64,000 nt of DNA from Magnetococcales bacterium. GTDB taxonomy: Bacteria > Pseudomonadota > Magnetococcia > Magnetococcales > DC0425bin3. The stretch is taken from positions 13,128 through 77,127 of the forward strand of contig JADGCO010000005.1 in the NCBI GenBank assembly GCA_015228935.1, written 5' to 3'. Position 1 is the stretch's first letter, and every line of letters starts with the position of its first letter. Position numbers and translations under genes: made by a program. Below are positions 60,918 to 64,000 of the stretch, piece after piece. The notes beneath the pieces are model-generated. The model worked only from the letters and a program-made list of their open reading frames with translations, did not search any database and was not told where the DNA came from.

Positions 60918-62054
60918 GTGTCGCTTACCACAAGCCAAAAACCCATCATCCTGGTTGTTGATGATACCCCCGAAAATATCGATATTCTCAAGGCAGCCCT
61001 GGACGAGAATTATCTGGTCAGACCGGCCAATCGAGGCCGGATTGCCTTGAAGGCGGCCAACATTTTGCCCCGACCCGACCTGATTCTGCTCGACATCATG
61101 ATGCCGGAAATGGATGGCTACGAGGTTTGCCGACTCTTGAAAGCCGATCCGGCCACCCGGGATATTCCCGTCATTTTTGTAACGGGAAAATCCGATGTGG
61201 AAGACGAGGTGGCGGGATTGAGACTGGGCGCTGTGGATTACATCACCAAACCGATCAGCATTCCCATCGTACAGGCAAGGGTCACAACACACCTGGCCTT
61301 GCGCACGGCCAGACAAAAACTGGCTGAACACAATCAACTGTTGCAACATGAACGGGAAATGATCGAAAGCATCATTTTCAAGATGCGCCATGCCGATACA
61401 TTTGATACGCGCCATTTGCGCCATCTGGTCTCACCGGTGGAAATGACGGCCGGGGATATGCTCCTCTCCACCTTCACGCCGGACGGACGCCAGTTGGTCT
61501 TGTTGGGAGATTTTACCGGTCATGGTCTGCCGGCTGCCATGGGGGGTCCCCTGGTTTCATACATTTTTCACAGGTTCTCCAGGCGCGATGCGTCAGGGGA
61601 ACAAATCATGACGGAAATCAATCAGCAGCTCTGTCTGCGTCTGCCCATCGGTATTTTTTTTGCCGCCGCCATGGTGGAAGTAGCCCCGGATCGCACCCGG
61701 GCCACACTCTGGAATGCTGGCATTCCAGATAATCTTCTATTGCGGAAAAGCTCCATCCATGGCCGTTTTTCGTCGGCCATGCCACCCCTGGGTATTGACA
61801 AAAAAGCGGAAATGGCCAAGAATTCCACCAGCATTCTTCTGGAAGAAGAGGATCGACTCTATCTTTTTTCCGATGGGATCATTGAGGCCGGCCCACCCCG
61901 GGGGGGCATGTTTGGCATGGAAAGGTTAGAGGCTTTCCTTGAGAAAGTTTCCTCTGACAAGAGTGATTTGAATGATCTGATCGTATTGCTGAATGATTTT
62001 GTGGGTTCCGGCACACATGAGGATGATATCACGATCGTCGAAATTCTGGTGTAA
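60918..62054 (+). CDS. response regulator with PP2C/SpoIIE-type phosphatase domain (paralog of 32718..33839)
   Basis: GTG start. REC has LLDIMMPEMDG...VDYITKP. The PP2C region has LLGDFTGHGLPAAM, LFSDGIIE and DDITIVEI. Confidence 0.85.
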   Translation: MSLTTSQKPIILVVDDTPENIDILKAALDENYLVRPANRGRIALKAANILPRPDLILLDIMMPEMDGYEVCRLLKADPATRDIPVIFVTGKSDVEDEVAGLRLGAVDYITKPISIPIVQARVTTHLALRTARQKLAEHNQLLQHEREMIESIIFKMRHADTFDTRHLRHLVSPVEMTAGDMLLSTFTPDGRQLVLLGDFTGHGLPAAMGGPLVSYIFHRFSRRDASGEQIMTEINQQLCLRLPIGIFFAAAMVEVAPDRTRATLWNAGIPDNLLLRKSSIHGRFSSAMPPLGIDKKAEMAKNSTSILLEEEDRLYLFSDGIIEAGPPRGGMFGMERLEAFLEKVSSDKSDLNDLIVLLNDFVGSGTHEDDITIVEILV

Positions 62055-62137
62055 AGGAAAATACCATGGAAAAGTGATAGGGATGTTTTTTCCTGGCCCG
62101 CAACTTTTTCTCATGCGTTTCCTGGGAAGAGGGTACA

Positions 62138-62464
62138 ATGATCACAATCGAAGAAAATTCCGGCTTGGTGACCTTGCGGTTACCTGCGGAGTTCAATTAC
62201 AAGTCCCATCGAGAGTTTCGGGAGTGTTATGCGCATCGTTCTCCGAAACAAGCCTATGTGATTGATTTCAGTAATGTTATCAAATTTGACAGTTCTGCCC
62301 TGGGTATGCTCCTTCTGTTGCGGAGCCATTGTGGAGAGAACAAGGCCAATATTCACCTGATCAACTGCAATCCGCATGTCAGGAGAGTCCTGGAAGTGGC
62401 CAGATTTAATGATTTTTTTCGCATCGACACATCCGGGGCACCTGGCTGGTGGCCCGGCAAGTGA
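62138..62464 (+). CDS. STAS-domain anti-sigma-factor antagonist (SpoIIAA/RsbV-like)
   Basis: 108 aa. VIDFSNVIKFDSSALGMLLLL contains the conserved phosphorylatable Ser context (DSSALG). It lies immediately downstream of the REC-PP2C gene. Confidence 0.75.
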   Translation: MITIEENSGLVTLRLPAEFNYKSHREFRECYAHRSPKQAYVIDFSNVIKFDSSALGMLLLLRSHCGENKANIHLINCNPHVRRVLEVARFNDFFRIDTSGAPGWWPGK

Positions 62465-62524
62465 ATTGGTTGTGCATCCAGCGAAATCAACCAAACAGCG
62501 GTACTGCCGATTGCGCGAAAACAG

Positions 62525-63085
62525 TCAACGTTGTGAACCAGCACCAGGAGAGTAGGGCACCGCCGGTGGCGGAGACCAGGGGGAGCTTTTTTCGGAATTT
62601 TTGTTGTCAGGAGTCGTTGTTGCACCTGGGGTCCATGGCACAGATGATGTTCCGTTCGGTACGCCACCCATGGTACCGGATGTCGTGCCGCTCTTGCCAT
62701 TGCCGGGAAACCCTCCACCGGCTTCCTGATCCCGCCGCCGGTTTGGCTGTCCGGGACCATGCGGCATGTCATTGGGGTTGGTGATGCACTCTCCCCGGCG
62801 ACGCTCCGCCGCCTGACGGCAACTGCCTTCATCCTTGTAGATGCACTGGGTTTGCCAGCTTTCCACCACACAGTAGCGAGCGCCACCCAGGGGAGCAACG
62901 ATTTCGGCACTGTTGACCACGCAGGATCCTTGTGGCCCTGCTGCCTGCCGGCAGGACTCCACATCCTGGAACCAGCACCGCTTGCCGGCAAAATCGACCA
63001 CGCAGAAAGGTCCAGCCAACCCGGCCTGTGGCAGCGACAACCAGACCCCCGCCCATAACAATCCGGCAAACCAGTGTCCCTTCAT
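62525..63085 (-). CDS. secreted Cys-rich protein with duplicated 4-Cys module (DUF3551-like) and low-complexity tail
   Basis: It has a signal peptide. The two modules are FCVVDFAGKRCWFQDVESCRQAAGPQGSCVVN and YCVVESWQTQCIYKDEGSCRQAAERRRGECITN. A G/P/T/S-rich C-terminus follows. Confidence 0.55.
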   Translation of the reverse strand: MKGHWFAGLLWAGVWLSLPQAGLAGPFCVVDFAGKRCWFQDVESCRQAAGPQGSCVVNSAEIVAPLGGARYCVVESWQTQCIYKDEGSCRQAAERRRGECITNPNDMPHGPGQPNRRRDQEAGGGFPGNGKSGTTSGTMGGVPNGTSSVPWTPGATTTPDNKNSEKSSPWSPPPAVPYSPGAGSQR

Positions 63086-63114
63086 GGATCTTTTCCCAGG
63101 AAAATGATTGAAAA

Positions 63115-63504
63115 CTAAAGGTGTGCAACCGCATCGATCTCCACCCGCGCCCCCCGAGGCAGAGCGGCCACCTGGAGCGTGGCCCGAGCGGGAAAAGGTG
63201 GCTGGAAGAACTCCTGGTACACGGCGTTGACTTCGGGAAAATCGGCAAGATCGACCAGATAGACGGTGGTCTTGACCAAGGCTCCCATGTCACTCCCGGC
63301 TGCCGTCAACACTGCGGCCAGATTGCGCAAAACCTGTTCGGTTTGCGAGCGCACAGAACCGGTCACCAGCTCGCCGGTCCCGGGATCCAACGGAATCTGC
63401 CCTGACAGGAACAACCACTCCCCACTGCGAATGGCCTGACTGTAGGGTCCAATGGCCGCCGGAGCATGTTTTGTCTGGATGGCTTGTTTGACTTTTTGCA
63501 TCAT
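63115..63504 (-). CDS. ridA: RidA/YjgF/TdcF family reactive-intermediate deaminase
   Basis: Contains TKHAPAAIGPYSQAIRSGEWLFLSGQIPLDP and ends PARATLQVAALPRGARVEIDAVA. Start chosen at 63504, which has a GGGAG ribosome-binding site. The longer ORF to 63795 overlaps phoU and is rejected. Confidence 0.85.
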   Translation of the reverse strand: MMQKVKQAIQTKHAPAAIGPYSQAIRSGEWLFLSGQIPLDPGTGELVTGSVRSQTEQVLRNLAAVLTAAGSDMGALVKTTVYLVDLADFPEVNAVYQEFFQPPFPARATLQVAALPRGARVEIDAVAHL

Positions 63505-63625
63505 TCCCACTCCCTGAATAAGGAATCTACCACATCCATTGAACGGGTTGCACGGCAAATCATTTTGTTTTGAAATGAAATGAATGGCAAAGGAGTCGAA
63601 TCGGAGAACCAGGTCAGAGGAAAAT

Positions 63626-64000
63626 TCAGTCTGCCTGGGAAACGGCGGGAAGATAGGTTCGGGTTGTGTCCAATTCAGAGCGCGGGGAGGCGAGGCGCAC
63701 ACCATGGGCCAGGTAATGGATATTTTCGGCCACATCCGTGATGTGGTCGCAGAGCCGTTCATAATTCCGGGCAACGAACAGCAAATGAACACCACAGGGA
63801 ATGGCGCTGGGGGAATCCATCATGTGCGCCATGATATTCTGGAAGGCCTCGTTATTGTAGGCGTCCACTTCCACATCCTGGTTGCGAATGGCCAGGGCCA
63901 ATGCGCCGTCCTTGCGGCGATAGGCATCCAGGAGATCATGAAGCTGTCGCGTGGCCAGCCTGCCCATGGCAATGACGGGATTCATCAAAGGGGATGCCGG
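63626..64000 (-). CDS. phoU: phosphate signalling regulator PhoU (C-terminal half; 5' part beyond window)
   Basis: Contains DVEVDAYNNEAFQNIMAHMMDSPSAIPCGVHLLFVARNYERLCDHITDVAENIHY, which fits the second PhoU repeat. The frame is open to the window edge. Confidence 0.8.
   Translation of the reverse strand, partial: PASPLMNPVIAMGRLATRQLHDLLDAYRRKDGALALAIRNQDVEVDAYNNEAFQNIMAHMMDSPSAIPCGVHLLFVARNYERLCDHITDVAENIHYLAHGVRLASPRSELDTTRTYLPAVSQAD

Noticed and set aside
49014-62464. Functional link between the SulP-STAS permease and the STAS/PP2C partner-switch module
   Set aside because: The transporter STAS domain is an integral C-terminal domain of SulP proteins. It is separated from cassette 2 by a divergent promoter region and a parDE pair. 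Only the shared fold name connects them.
63505-63795. Long version of the RidA ORF (226 aa)
   Set aside because: The extra 97 N-terminal codons overlap the 3' end of phoU and have no RidA homology. The MMQKVKQ start has a good ribosome-binding site and gives the canonical ~129-aa length.

Overview
This window is a moderately GC-rich bacterial chromosomal segment, proteobacterial in style. All calls come from reading the sequence and ORF translations by eye; no searches were run.

Housekeeping genes:
- rplU-rpmA-obg
- maf
- ispB
- tRNA-Pro(CGG) and tRNA-Arg(ACG)
- rlmM
- ridA
- a partial phoU

Accessory blocks:
1. An arnT-arnC-arnA(FT)-arnA(DH)-arnD lipid A aminoarabinose operon, with ArnA split into two genes.
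2. A GNAT, a RimK-type ATP-grasp gene and an asparagine-synthase-like amidotransferase.
3. Two large paralogous phosphorelay cassettes, each ending in a REC-PP2C phosphatase. The first (24.7-33.8 kb) sits behind a sigma-54 promoter with a divergent PAS-bEBP. The second (51.7-62.5 kb) starts with a fused double solute-binding protein and ends with a STAS protein.
4. A polysaccharide export locus: BY-kinase, Wza-like protein, a Wzz-type co-polymerase with a C-terminal SPOR-like domain, and a heparinase II/III-like enzyme. A divergent OmpA-WD40-FGE/SUMF1 fusion protein flanks it.
5. Others: SulP permease, a parDE pair, a patatin-like lipase and an orphan rfbH.

The best-supported unusual signal is non-coding. 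A dense family of about 125-167 bp elements bounded by terminal inverted repeats (MITE-like) has at least 8 near-full copies plus deletion derivatives and fragments in 64 kb.
- Each copy carries a GGGGC-TTC-GCCCC mini-hairpin and a 14-bp CCAGGAGGAAGGGC/GCCCTTCCTCCTGG hairpin.
- Paired substitutions preserve the long hairpin between copies.
- One copy has a clean 8-bp target-site duplication.
- One copy supplies the stop codons of both convergent flanking genes.
- One copy sits in the leader of the sigma-54-driven kinase operon.

Other oddities:
- A 53-bp tandem repeat inside the rplU-rpmA spacer.
- A pseudo-receiver (Asp to Asn) on the largest kinase.
- A secreted HNH-family protein with the catalytic His replaced by Tyr.
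- A perfect 21-bp in-frame tandem repeat in a coiled-coil/PD-(D/E)XK protein.
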